From NCBI RefSeq assembly GCF_964204645.1, contig NC_134029.1:2418001-2482000 (forward strand): a stretch of 64,000 bases of DNA, written 5' to 3'. Made by a program: the position numbers and the translations under genes. Below, piece by piece: positions 54,001-64,000 of the stretch. The first letter of the stretch is position 1; the number at the start of each line of letters is the position of its first letter. This stretch comes from Tubulanus polymorphus. Its lineage: Eukaryota; Animalia; Nemertea. Below the pieces are notes generated by a model. That model searched no databases. It saw only the letters and a list, made by a program, of their open reading frames with translations, and was not told the origin of the DNA.

Positions 54001-57000
54001 TTTTATTAACGTCAAACCATTGATGATACTTAAGAAATAAAATCGATGACCAAATGATATCTTTGAAAGTAGTTTATGTATTTGATACTTACGGCAATTT
54101 CCGCACGCTTCTTTACAGAACCTAGCGTACTCGTACGGAGGCTTACTCGTGCAGAAACCTTTCTTTGAAAAATCTTTACATTGTTCGCTTTCATCAGAAC
54201 AAAGCGAAGACGCTAAAAATATATCATTTCATGAATATCGATTAGATATGTCATCATTATCGATTGAAACATTTGCGATGAGAAAGAAAAAATGATTCGG
54301 ATTTTTTTCCTCCGCAATATGGGGTTAACTTGAAAATCGATTGGCTAGAATAATTCAACCTCAATATTAGTTGGGAATTCCAGCCGTAATCAATAAATCC
54401 TCGGGCATATTTATATGTATGCCGTATTCATCTGTTTTGTAAGGACATCTATTTCGAGAACTTCGTCATTAAACAAATACATAAAAAATGACAAATCTAT
54501 TGATGTGTGAGGGATATGAAAGCCTCCTGAGGATATCAATATTGGTATTCAAATCATTTCTAATATTCTACTCCCAATTGGTTACTCGAGGAAAATAATT
54601 CTTTATCAATTTTACTCTTTAGTTATCAACTCTGAGCTAGATAGGAAAAATGGTTAAAGATGATAATGTCTCCAGGACGGTTTTTAGATCATTAAGCTTA
54701 CAGGCAGATTTCATTCTCATTTTGTAGTAAGGCATTGGGTTGACCATAGCTGGACGTCCGTTCAGAGCTAAGGTTACGATTATTCCCTGATACAGATAAA
54801 CGTTGAAATCACCGCTCACATCGCTGGGATATCTCTACAAAATAGCGACACAAATTGGGATAGATAAAATATAAGAATTATGAAGTAAACAGCGATAAAG
54901 GGATAAAAGATATTATACACACCATTGTAAATCGTGGGAATGAATTTTCTTCATAGATGATGACAAATGTGTAGCCGTCTTCCACCCAGTTAGCGAAACA
55001 ATACAACCTTTGATCTATAAATTACAAGCATGAAACTGAATCTTGAAAAATTGTGAAGTCTAGAAATTTAGTGATATCGTCATCGAACAAATGAATCAAA
55101 CAATATTCAATTTCGATAGAAATTTTCATTAGAAAAAAAGAGCTTACTGGTTAATGGACTGAATGGGTTACAGGCCGCACTTGGAAAAGAAAATTCCAGA
55201 CCTTCGCCGTCCATGCATTCAACCTCGAGTCGGGATTGACGCCATTCACCGGGACAAATACCCTGCAAAATGCAGCCACTATTTTTCATTTTAGGACAAG
55301 TGTTTATTGGCCGCTACATTGAGTTAAGTTAACAAATAAATGCAATCGGTTTTCGGGTTTTTATTGCTGTAAACCAAAAATGTTTAAAAAAATGAACGCA
55401 AAATACCCAATAAATGTCAAATGTCAATTTCCTCATAGAACTTACCATTTGTGTCGCGTAGCTGAACGTATAGAATACAAAACCACCGCTTTGCGGACAG
55501 AAGTTCCAGGCGCGTTGCTTTTCAGCTGCAAAAAATGAAAGGTTTCGTTTGCGTTAAAACTGCTTAATGAACGCGGATGCGGCGGTATTTTCTACAGAAC
55601 GAAATCACCGCGTAGACCAACGGCTTCTCTGTGACCGTAAAAAATAGAAATCAGTTATGTATTTGTTCAGCTCTCAATATAAGAACGACGCGTAGTTGAT
55701 ACTCACCGAGCCAGGGCCATTCATTCGGTATTAGTTTATCATCACGACACAGCGAATCTCGCATTTCGTTACTTTTACTCGCTGTAACAAATAGGAAAAC
55801 ATACAAATGATAAACAACGAGCAGTGGACTAGCAGTGGACTAGCAGTGGACAAGATGAACATGTAAAAAACATCTCGATCCAATTCCACTGTTGTTGGAT
55901 AAGCTCAACTTGTCTCGAGTAGTTCGTGTTCAATGTTTAACCGATTTTCACGAAACAAGCCCTTGAATTGGACGAAAAATAGCTTTTTAAAAATTTCCCT
56001 TGTTTCAACGCTTGAATTAATCTTTAACCGACAAATTTGGCCCCGGATCCAGATGCAGTTTAATGACTTACATTCTCTAATCTGTATAGCGTTAGGGCCG
56101 CGTCTTAGAAGTTGAATACACTGAAATGTTCTCGGTCTAGAAAAAGATCGGATATAAATGAAACCTTTTTGTGATAAAATTCAAACCTTTTTTCAAGATT
56201 CTTAGCGAACCATGCGACAAAAGAAACCAGCGTCCACAGTTCTACAGCCATGACTCGAGTCCAAAAGACGTCTTCAATCTTAAGACTGGCCTTGAGTCTG
56301 TTAGATTGACTACAGTCTTGGACTGGTCTTATGAATCTAAACCAAGACTGTAGGACAAGTCCCAGGTTTATGCTTTCTTTGCATCAAATTGTTAATTGCA
56401 GCTGGAAGTAAGCAAACCAATCTCATTTCCGGTTAGATATTTGCAGATTTTGATGATATTCCTGTGTTTTGGGTGCGTGCGACTTCCCACTGCGAAAAGA
56501 TCGAAGCCAATTATTTTCGTGATGGATATTTGAGCAGGAAACGAATAAAACCCAAACAACAAACACAAACGCGAATAGGATGATCCGCGGGCTTAGCTGC
56601 AATATGAAATCGGCTTATTTGAGAAAAATGTCATATTGACTTTTCAGTTTGTATCGAGTGCAGCACGCAGTACCTGCACAGTACCTGCACAGTACCTGCA
56701 TAGTACCTGCACGGTACCTGTTAGCGTATTCTTACAGGTACCTAGATTATCAATGAAACCGGATACATACTGCCGGAAGTGAATTGAATTTTACGTTACT
56801 TGTGGAGTAGTTTTTTAGGGAGATTTTTCAATAAATTATGCATTCAAAAGTGAATGTATGATTCTGCGATTTGCAATATAAGGACAAAGTGAACAAGCAG
56901 AGTTTTATATGATGTGTGAACGGCCTCTAAATTCCCGCGTCGATTACTGGTGTGAAGAAACTTGGTAAATCAGCTGCGAGACCGCAGGACGAGGTGCGCG

Positions 57001-57297
57001 ATGGATCTTACCTCCCTAGAGCCGAATGTTCCACCAGAAATCTATTTCTGCCGTGATCTTTGATACACGTTCGATTGAATGAATGGTAGATTTTCTGACA
57101 AGCGGGAATATTTTCAGTACAATGTCGCTCGTGCGTGTGGTAGATGAGCACGTTGTTTCTAACGGTAACCGATACCTGTCTTCTCCAGTATAGGACGCCA
57201 TTGCCGAAATATTCCCTTTGTGTTATCCACAGCGCATGTCGACCTTTCAGTTTGGGGCTTTGCGCGAATGAGGGGAACTTGCATTGTGTTTTAACGG
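50859..57297 (-). CDS. Multi-exon gene: Cys-rich, probably GPI-anchored surface protein (two tandem DUF7042/7043/7044-like units flanking a ShKT domain), ~670 aa plus an unresolved N-terminus
   Basis: 15 exons with canonical GT-AG sites and fully compatible phases, 5'->3': 57297-57012, 56136-56072, 55781-55707, 55525-55446, 55262-55148, 55014-54923, 54834-54702, 54212-54093, 53645-53441, 53075-53011, 52884-52777, 52508-52314, 51959-51865, 51542-51401, 51094-50859 (2012 nt, no internal stop). Motifs CKFP (x2), FQCIQLLRRGPNAIQIR / YTCIEFNKAHHNVLQYR, LYCFANWVE / FTCIG, ShKT Cys spacing, hydrophobic C-terminus IYLAIILIISWL. The DUF names are recalled resemblance, not a search result. Confidence 0.88.
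51401..51542 (-). CDS. Exon B6 (phase 0-1)
   Basis: tatattttgaAG| IINKSQGKRFSWDGRIVYRMSTSQCNTDTAGEIGYFKQAETTYLLHD |GTAAGT. Confidence 0.82.
51621..51776. repeat. Intronic inverted repeat / MITE-like fold-back
   Basis: AAACGTAAAAACAGGTAGT vs ACTACATGTTTTTACGTTT (18/19 inverted), plus inner GTTAACTGA/TCAGTTAAC and CAGGTAGTAC/GTACTACCTG. Confidence 0.65.
51865..51959 (-). CDS. Exon B5 (phase 1-0)
   Basis: ctcattttccAG| FTCIGRIAPEIPNEDIFLFTRNNADQTINCW |GTAAGA. An in-frame upstream acceptor at 52004 is also possible. Confidence 0.8.
52314..52508 (-). CDS. Exon B4 (195 nt, phase 1-1)
   Basis: tttttgttgtAG| KKGLRRTACHINGLVPFNASFSSSVGPRYCPGHMSDYDVVKCERGSRLSVQVNTCQTPSLGRRE |GTAAGT. Confidence 0.85.
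52777..52884 (-). CDS. Exon B3 (phase 1-1)
   Basis: tttacttgtAG| PSKKSDLSFNRLCHFKNDPIPLDDGIRSRQMKNLI |GTAAGT. Confidence 0.83.
53011..53075 (-). CDS. Exon B2 (65 nt, phase 2-1)
   Basis: gttttttcAG| RPRYTCIEFNKAHHNVLQYRI |GTAAGT. Confidence 0.87.
53441..53645 (-). CDS. Exon B1 (phase 1-2)
   Basis: ctcattttcAG| IDESSFKPECKFPKPYHGSWMLYEQDRTEVVRIHEKFLEFSKFGKFSCKNKDFAQHRYKLMTTLKNG(C) |GTAAGC. Confidence 0.87.
53736..53864. mobile_element. PIF/Harbinger-like MITE with CTG target-site duplication
   Basis: CTG|GGGCCAGTTGCTCAATAGCTGGTTAAAG ... CTTTAACCAATCTTTGAGCAACTGCAGCCC|CTG: ~30-bp imperfect TIRs and a 3-bp CWG duplication. Confidence 0.75.
53877..53943 (+). mobile_element. tRNA-derived SINE-like remnant
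   Basis: A-box-like TCCAGTGGTCTAGTGG, partial B-box GTTCGAA, then CTGGTGCTATTTCGA, which is also present (inverted) at 12619-12633 downstream of the tRNA-like head at 12777-12849. Confidence 0.4.
54093..54212 (-). CDS. ShKT (six-cysteine) domain exon (120 nt, phase 1-1)
   Basis: atatttttAG| SSLCSDESEQCKDFSKKGFCTSKPPYEYARFCKEACGNC |GTAAGT. CxD start and terminal CxxxCxxC are ShKT hallmarks. Confidence 0.88.
54702..54834 (-). CDS. Exon A6 (phase 0-1)
   Basis: ctattttgtAG| RYPSDVSGDFNVYLYQGIIVTLALNGRPAMVNPMPYYKMRMKSA |GTAAGC. Confidence 0.8.
54923..55014 (-). CDS. Exon A5 (phase 1-0)
   Basis: taatttatAG| QRLYCFANWVEDGYTFVIIYEENSFPRFTM |GTGTGT. Confidence 0.8.
55148..55262 (-). CDS. Exon A4b (phase 0-1)
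   Basis: attttgcAG| GICPGEWRQSRLEVECMDGEGLEFSFPSAACNPFSPLT |GTAAGC. Confidence 0.85.
55446..55525 (-). CDS. Exon A4a (phase 1-0)
   Basis: ttttttgcAG| EKQRAWNFCPQSGGFVFYTFSYATQM |GTAAGT. Confidence 0.85.
55707..55781 (-). CDS. Exon A3 (phase 1-1)
   Basis: tttgttacAG| SKSNEMRDSLCRDDKLIPNEWPWL |GTGAGT. Confidence 0.85.
55820..55851. repeat. 11-bp minisatellite (AGCAGTGGACT)x~3
   Basis: Direct reading. Confidence 0.9.
56072..56136 (-). CDS. Exon A2 (65 nt, phase 2-1)
   Basis: ctttttctAG| PRTFQCIQLLRRGPNAIQIRE |GTAAGT. Confidence 0.85.
56231..56362. mobile_element. MITE of a second family (AAGACCAGTC-rich interior), flanked by CAG
   Basis: GTTCTACAG/CTGTAGGAC inverted ends, CAG on both sides. 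The reverse complement resembles segments at ~11512-11590, ~15657-15770 and ~36982-37070. Confidence 0.55.
56668..56720. repeat. 11-bp minisatellite (CAGTACCTGCA)x~5
   Basis: Direct reading. Confidence 0.92.
57012..57297 (-). CDS. Minus-strand gene exon A1 (phase 1-2)
   Basis: ttctctctttcAG| VKTQCKFPSFAQSPKLKGRHALWITQREYFGNGVLYWRRQVSVTVRNNVLIYHTHERHCTENIPACQKIYHSFNRTCIKDHGRNRFLVEHSALG |GTAAGA. Confidence 0.82.
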
Positions 57298-60200
57298 CTG
57301 AAAGAGAGAAAAAATGAAATGAATATGAAATGAATTCGTTTTACGACAGTCCGGGTCCTTGACTAAAGTGCTCGATGCTCGATCAATCTAGTAGCAAGTA
57401 GCTACTAAAGGGTTAAATCAAATTCCCTGTTCATTTCAGGGGTGCAGGGGAGGTGGGCTCGTAAGGGACACTCCAAATAAGTACAAATGGAAACGTTTCA
57501 ATGAACAACAGGCACAATCACTCCTATTCCAAGATTCAAAAAATACGTAGTAGATGACTATAAAACTGGACGCAGTTCTTTGAAACTTAAGTCAGTTTTG
57601 GTAAAACATAAGCTATTTCAACAACTGAAGTCTTGTTTGGAAAAATTGCAAGAAGGTCCATTGAATCGTGAAATCTCGAGAGACAATCGTTTCAATAAAT
57701 ATGAGTGTTTTAGACTCAAAGAATTAGCTATATTCTCCGTGTATTTGATGTTGTATGTAGAGTGGAAGTCTTTGCTCATGTGTATGCGTCTATCATCTAT
57801 ATTTGCATGTGGAGACGAGTGTTTGTTGCATTCACAATGATTTACATAAATATTTGCGATCTCGACGACGCGGCCGTCTTTACAACCGAATGACTCGACA
57901 GCGGAGAAGAACGGCTTCATTTACCGCGTCAGTATCACCGGGATTCCCGTCCCCTCCTCTCACAGGTTTATACCGTTTGATCAGCACAGTCGGTGAAAAG
58001 ATATATATTTCGTGTCGTATTAGATTATTGACTGGACTCCTGCGAGATAACTGAATTTTTCCACTCGATACAAACAGAGTCGACTCGTCAGACCCCGGGG
58101 CCGGAACGTTATATCGATAAAGAAGATCTCCGTTTCCCCGCAAGAGTCGCTTCTCAATACAGACACGTCTTCACTTCTATTTTCAACAAAAAGTCGAAGT
58201 ATAACATATTGAAATTATTCGGCCTTAGGCTCAAATACAACAACTGGCTTCAAGGATCGACGGCAAAAGCTTTGTTTTAGTAATAGTTATAGAATATCAA
58301 ATCGAACATCAATACGTTATGAACGGTCGGAACAGTAACATTTCTATTGAAGATTTATATCCAATATTATTGCGGATGATTTATAATCAAATAAAACAGC
58401 CATTTCAAAGAATTTTTAAAAACTGCATTTTCGATCGATCCGCAGTACGAGAGGTCTTCTAGAAATTCGGATAGTAAAATATGTTCAGCAATCCAAGAGA
58501 AAATTTCTGTACGGATATTGACTTGAAGATCCACGAAAATGCAGCAATCAGTACAACTGATCGCTGCCTTTTATGGATGTTCAAACGTGTGAATGTTGCT
58601 AAATGTGTAAGTTGAAGATATTTGGCCAGTTCGGTTGTGTATATAACTATTCTCTGATGATGTATGATCATATAGATTCTACTAGAGACTATCCGGTAGC
58701 CGTAGATTCATTGATTCCCATCAGTATCAGTCGCCGCTGCTGTGATTAGATAAAGACATTTTAACGTCGTCATTGATAAACCGCGTAATAAATTTATCAA
58801 GCACAAATTGGTGACCATATGTCCACCACCAAAATACCACCGGCGTCAGGCTTCGTATCTGCTGAAATACGGGAACAATTTCCACAGTTCTCCGAGATAT
58901 AGCTATTTGAGCCTTGTAGAACTATCACGAGCGGGTCGAGGGGTAAACTTTGAAAGGAGCACAAAAAGGGCAGGTATCTCCACGCATGAGAGCCAAAACA
59001 GAGGTACAATTTCCTGGCGTGGCTCTTGAATGACCTTATAGAGAAATCTGAAAAGAAAATTGCCACGAAAGAAAAATTGCCGTTGTTGTTCAGGACCCGG
59101 GTGTTGCAATCATAGGAAAAGCTCATCGACTATTCCAATATTCCAGGCGATTAGATACCCACCATATATTGTATATAGGTCTTCATTCTTTTCACTTTGC
59201 TACAGAAAGTGTCTGATAAGTCGCATCTGATTACTGATAAGTCTCTGATGGGTATCTATTAAGTTGAATATCCGCGTCTCAAATCGTTGCTTCCGGTCTC
59301 GGCGAGTCAATGACAAGTGATTGCTGCGACAGTATCTAACTATGTCTGTCAGTTAGATTAGTCTATCAGATCTAATTAGACTATTATTCGTTTTTCATAT
59401 TCGCCAATTTGCTCCGAGCTAAAAGACTTTCAAACCCCATTAACGTTTATCAAGAATTTCATTAAATTGCGCTTTACCGCCATAAATTTACCGTATATAA
59501 GTATAAAAGCCTTCTTGTATGACATGCACGATAAACGGCAATATCGCAAAGCTGTACAGTATTTTGCGAGGCAGCTCAAATAGAAAAAAGAGTATGATAA
59601 TTTCCTTGTGAACATTTTATGGAATACGTTTAATCTGAAGTGATAATAACATAATTCAAATGTTTTGAGCAAACCACATAAATTAATTCCAATATCTCAT
59701 TCTTAATTACTTCACTTCCTGTAACCTTCTACTGCGCATTGGTGCAAAACTTCTGATGGAAAATGAAATTCATTACTATTTATGGCTTGACATTAATGTA
59801 CGATATTTTTGTCCCCCATATTTCACGATGTAAAGTAGTTCAACTCGCACGCATGGCGGCCCTTAAAGCGAAAAGGCGATGAGTATTCTATTTTCTTACA
59901 GCTTCATCCGTTCCACGTGCGGAGAAAAATAAATTCCCCAAACGATCGACGTAATAATCCTGTTTGTTATTGAAGATACGACAAGCGAAAACATGTTGAA
60001 CCCTTAGGAAATCATGACCGACCTGCTGCATTTGTTTTCATTAACGATAACATATAGAATCCCAATGCGCGCTGTTCAAGACACCTGCAACTCGAGAGAT
60101 CGCATCTGATCCAGAAAATCCACAATTCCCAAGATGCTATTGTTCCTATTGCGATCATCCAATTTTGTAACTTAAATCTTATTGATAACAAAATTAATAT

Positions 60201-63200
60201 AAATGAATAGAATAAAATCATAATTTGATATCAAGAGATTTTCAGAATTTTGGATAAGAAAAAAATGGGAAATCTGAAAATTATATATCATGAAAAAATC
60301 CAGCTTCTTTTGCAGAGATTGCGCCGCTGCCGCCGCCATGCGGGATACAAGAATATAGGGATAAGAAATAGCGGCCGCCTATCAAATTAATTATTCTATC
60401 TCATCATACACAACGCACGAGCTAAATATCGAGGAGGCACTCCGTCGTCTGTCATGGTTCGTTACCTTCATTTTCCGATGAAACACACAAGACGAAAAAA
60501 GTCGAAGTTGCATCGATATAAGCGCGCAATACACGCAGACGATGTGTATATCACTGAGCAATACGGCTCTTCTATCGGAGAATTTACTGAATGAAATAAC
60601 TTGAATCTGATGATATAGTGAAGTATCATTGATGAAACACTCTGTTCGTGTTGTAACGATAATATAGATATCCCGCATTTAGATTCCTATATCCTCTAAA
60701 AGTCATCTTATATACGTTTTGCAGTATTGCTGAAGATGTCCATCGAAGTCGAAACGTTGAATTAACTATTAGCTCGAGAAAGCATCTCGGACTGTATCTT
60801 TTTGTCATGCTTTTTGTGGTATATTACAATATCTTGCATTCTGCACGCACTCAGTGGCTTGTCATTCTTCCATTTTTAAGGTATACATTGAATAAATTTT
60901 CCAATAATAGAATTCGTAAAGACAATTTGATATTGTCGGGTATAGAAACTGTTATTGGTCGTATCACTGTGTTATACCTCCTTATATACCGGATATCCAT
61001 TATATATGCGCGTGTTGAGTCCTTTTGACTGATTTTGAATTCAATTTTACGAAAAAAAGCTATTTCAATCAACGACTAATTGACTGCTAAATCGACCGAG
61101 CGGATGGTTAATTGTTTTTGTGAGGCAAAGTTTCCAATTCTGCGCGCGTTCTACGCATTAGCCTTTCCGGGTTGCTTATTTGCGAGCAAAATAGCCTACT
61201 ATTAGACCGAAGATTCAAGGACAGTTTCAGTACGGGAAAAGGTGTTAAGGTATCCGTTCCTAATGTCGTAATTCTCTCTCGAGAATAAGGTATCATCGGG
61301 GAATTTACTTCTATATTTTTAGATTCGTCAATATTTATTAGAATTCTAGGTCACGTATTCCGTTTCGACGTCCAGACGGGAAGTGATGACAGTATTTCCG
61401 GTGTTGTGCACTGACTACAGCGGTAATGACTTTAGCCGATGGACAACTGACACCACCCCGGTCGCTCGTCTATAAAAATACATCCAATCAAATATTCCAT
61501 CGTGACGATTCAGTTGGATCGAACTGATTGAGTATGTGCCGGCTCCGTTCGACCTAAACCGGCGTGCACAGTTACACTAATCAACAGTCGGTCGGTCGCT
61601 GACATTTTCCCCCCAATCTCAGTGGGTAATCTGATACCTGATGTATTTTTTCAAACCTTGGGGATAATTTCTCATCTAGAAGAATATACACGATATCAAC
61701 AAAAAGCTCCTATTTGACCTTGTGGAATAGTTTCTATAAACTTCCGTGCTCACGAATCAGTTCTACGTGTGTTTAAATTTGACTATAAGAAGTTAACTAA
61801 ATTCAACTCTTGAGTCACTGTGGAACTAGGTTCGTGTTGCTCGTTTTTAGTCAAGTCTTACTGGAAACGATTACATTCGAAAGGTGAATACCTCTAATAA
61901 CACGATCTCTCTCAGTTAGATTACTTAGTGAATCGTATAGAGTTGTTTCTGTTTTAAGCTCGGTAGTTGATATATTGTATCGCGTCGTTGTTACGCTACT
62001 CGAAATTAATTTTCTAAAATTCTCTGCGTGTTTTTAACTGTTTAACGTAGCACATAAAATTAGCATATGAATTACCAATCGCGGGTAAACCGAAGGTTTT
62101 ATCGCAGTCCATAAAATCTGTTTAGTTCATCGACCCTCGTAATGAATGTCATTACACTTATGTGGGTTGAATATGACCTCATTGCGGGTTTACGTTCGCT
62201 ACAAAACGACACCTTTGACTGTCATTTAGCCGGAACGTCCGACGCATCTGCAGTCGCTAGTATTTCTACCTGCTTCACGTCGGGGTACATCTATAAACTC
62301 ATATCCCGTGACGCGCATAATCAGGCTTGTTACGAGTTGCCCCTGTGGGTCAATTATGACCGACTAGCATCGCCGGTTGACGTGATCCGCAATATTTTCA
62401 TTACTTGCCAATATTTACTAACCCTGCGGGGACGATTTTGTACCCGACACACACAAAGTTCGTGATATAAGATGCATATGGTTTGTGTTTATTGTATTAT
62501 GGACTGACCAGTTTCATTACCGCGCCGGTTTTGAAAGTAACGCCTAGGTAGCGAGTGTGGTGAATATGACGCCTCGACTAGCGGCGAAGCCCCCGCTAGC
62601 ACGTCTAAACTAGGATGGTTAACCGATTCTCGTCTCTCCCCGATCATTGATCCAGTCAGACAATATTAACCTATGTAATTATACCTCGGCGGCAAGATCT
62701 ACTCGGAAATTGATATAAGATGGAATCGCATGTACATTGATCATCTTTAAAAAAGCTTTAAGCTATTCGAATTTAATGTTCCATCTTATTTGCTCCTGGC
62801 ATTTTTTCAGAGTGAAGGCATAATGAGGACCCCGAGCCACCAGCTATCCCGCTAGATGAAATGATAGAAAACTCAATCAAAATTGAGTTCATTTTGTATT
62901 AGTTTCATCCAGATTTTTAGCCTCCCTAATAGCAATTTGTCAAATTATATAAACTCAGATCAGTGTTTGATATTCATAGCGCGAATTTTTATTCTTCAAT
63001 AGAGTAGAATGCGAGAAATTACGGAAAGATTTTCATGGAATCCTAGAAGAAATCCGACATCATTTCCAAATGCACACTAGCGAACCTGGTAGATCCTCGC
63101 TTACCATATGCGGAATCCTTGATTGCAACAGCCAAACGTTGAGTCAGGCCTAATGAACCAAATTCCCCGATATAGGTCCCGGAAGATTGAGACCTTGTCG

Positions 63201-64000
63201 TGGTGTTAATTTGAAATGTTTTTGGTCCACGTAGTAACGACCTTTTTACGTAAAGTTATCACCATGAACGCAAGCGCGGTCCAATCCACCAAAATGCATA
63301 CATACAACAATAACATTGTGGCGTTTAATATCAGCTCAGTGATGGATGGAACGGTTCAGAAATAATTAATCATTCGTTGTCATCAACGACTTTATGAGAT
63401 AATGAAACTTCATCTTAACATCAGCTGAACTGCTGTTGCTGTTGCTGCTGTTGCTGCTCTAACTTTCACCCGCAAGAAAATAGATTATTAGCTTCACTCG
63501 CGCCTCTTATGAACATCCGCTTTCAATGACATGAAAACAACGTGAGTTCAGGGGTTTCGAACGAAGAAATCGTCAAACGCTTGAATTCATCTTTTCTGCA
63601 AAATCGGCTGATGAGAGTGATCGTGTCAGTTTGATCGCATTTCAAAGAAGGACGATCAAATAATTAGGAATAATTACGTACCTGATATCTGCAGTGATAC
63701 AGCGACTATGAAGATACAAGTCCACTTCGAGTTAAAGTAACAATCTACTGCCTTCATTTTTCAACGTCGAGTCTGATAGCTTCCGTCCGTTTTTTTTTTC
63801 AAAATTATCGCGTCCAAATAACTTTCGGTGCCGAGCCTGCAATAAATGAATTTCGACATTAAGAGATTCTGAGCATGTCTTTTTTAATTCGTCAACTCCG
63901 AGAACCACTTTTTGATCTTTGACTCCTCGGTCGATTCCTCGCTGTCAAGTGGCATTGGCGTTAATAAACTAAGCGCGATTGGATAATCTATAAACGAATT

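Noticed and set aside
55820-56720. Short direct repeats as a CRISPR-like array
   Set aside because: Head-to-tail 11-mers without spacers, in eukaryotic introns.
58797-59126. Overlapping ORFs that may be a decayed coding or TE fragment
   Set aside because: Several stops in the most protein-like frame and no motif I can assign.

Overview
Animal genomic DNA (AT-rich, spliceosomal introns; gene content suggests a lophotrochozoan invertebrate, which is inference). Four genes can be supported. (1) The 3' part of a plus-strand protocadherin: a large exon at <1-1730 (end of one cadherin repeat, four more repeats, TM, juxtamembrane tail), a ~23.6 kb intron, then three phase-compatible cytoplasmic exons (25323-25454, 27223-27385, 27894-28078). 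(2,3) Two tandem, intronless-CDS paralogous class A GPCRs of the FMRFamide-receptor-like group (42739-43851, 46256-47317). (4) A minus-strand gene of at least 15 exons (57297 to 50859), visible in the ORF track only as fragments and assembled here by hand. It encodes a ~670 aa Cys-rich, probably GPI-anchored protein made of two copies of a two-domain unit with a symmetric phase 1-1 ShKT exon between them. Non-coding DNA holds Harbinger-like MITEs, decayed LINE fragments, tRNA-like/SINE remnants and micro/minisatellites. No prokaryotic features or CRISPR arrays were seen. All family names come from motif recognition by eye and need HMM or structure confirmation.
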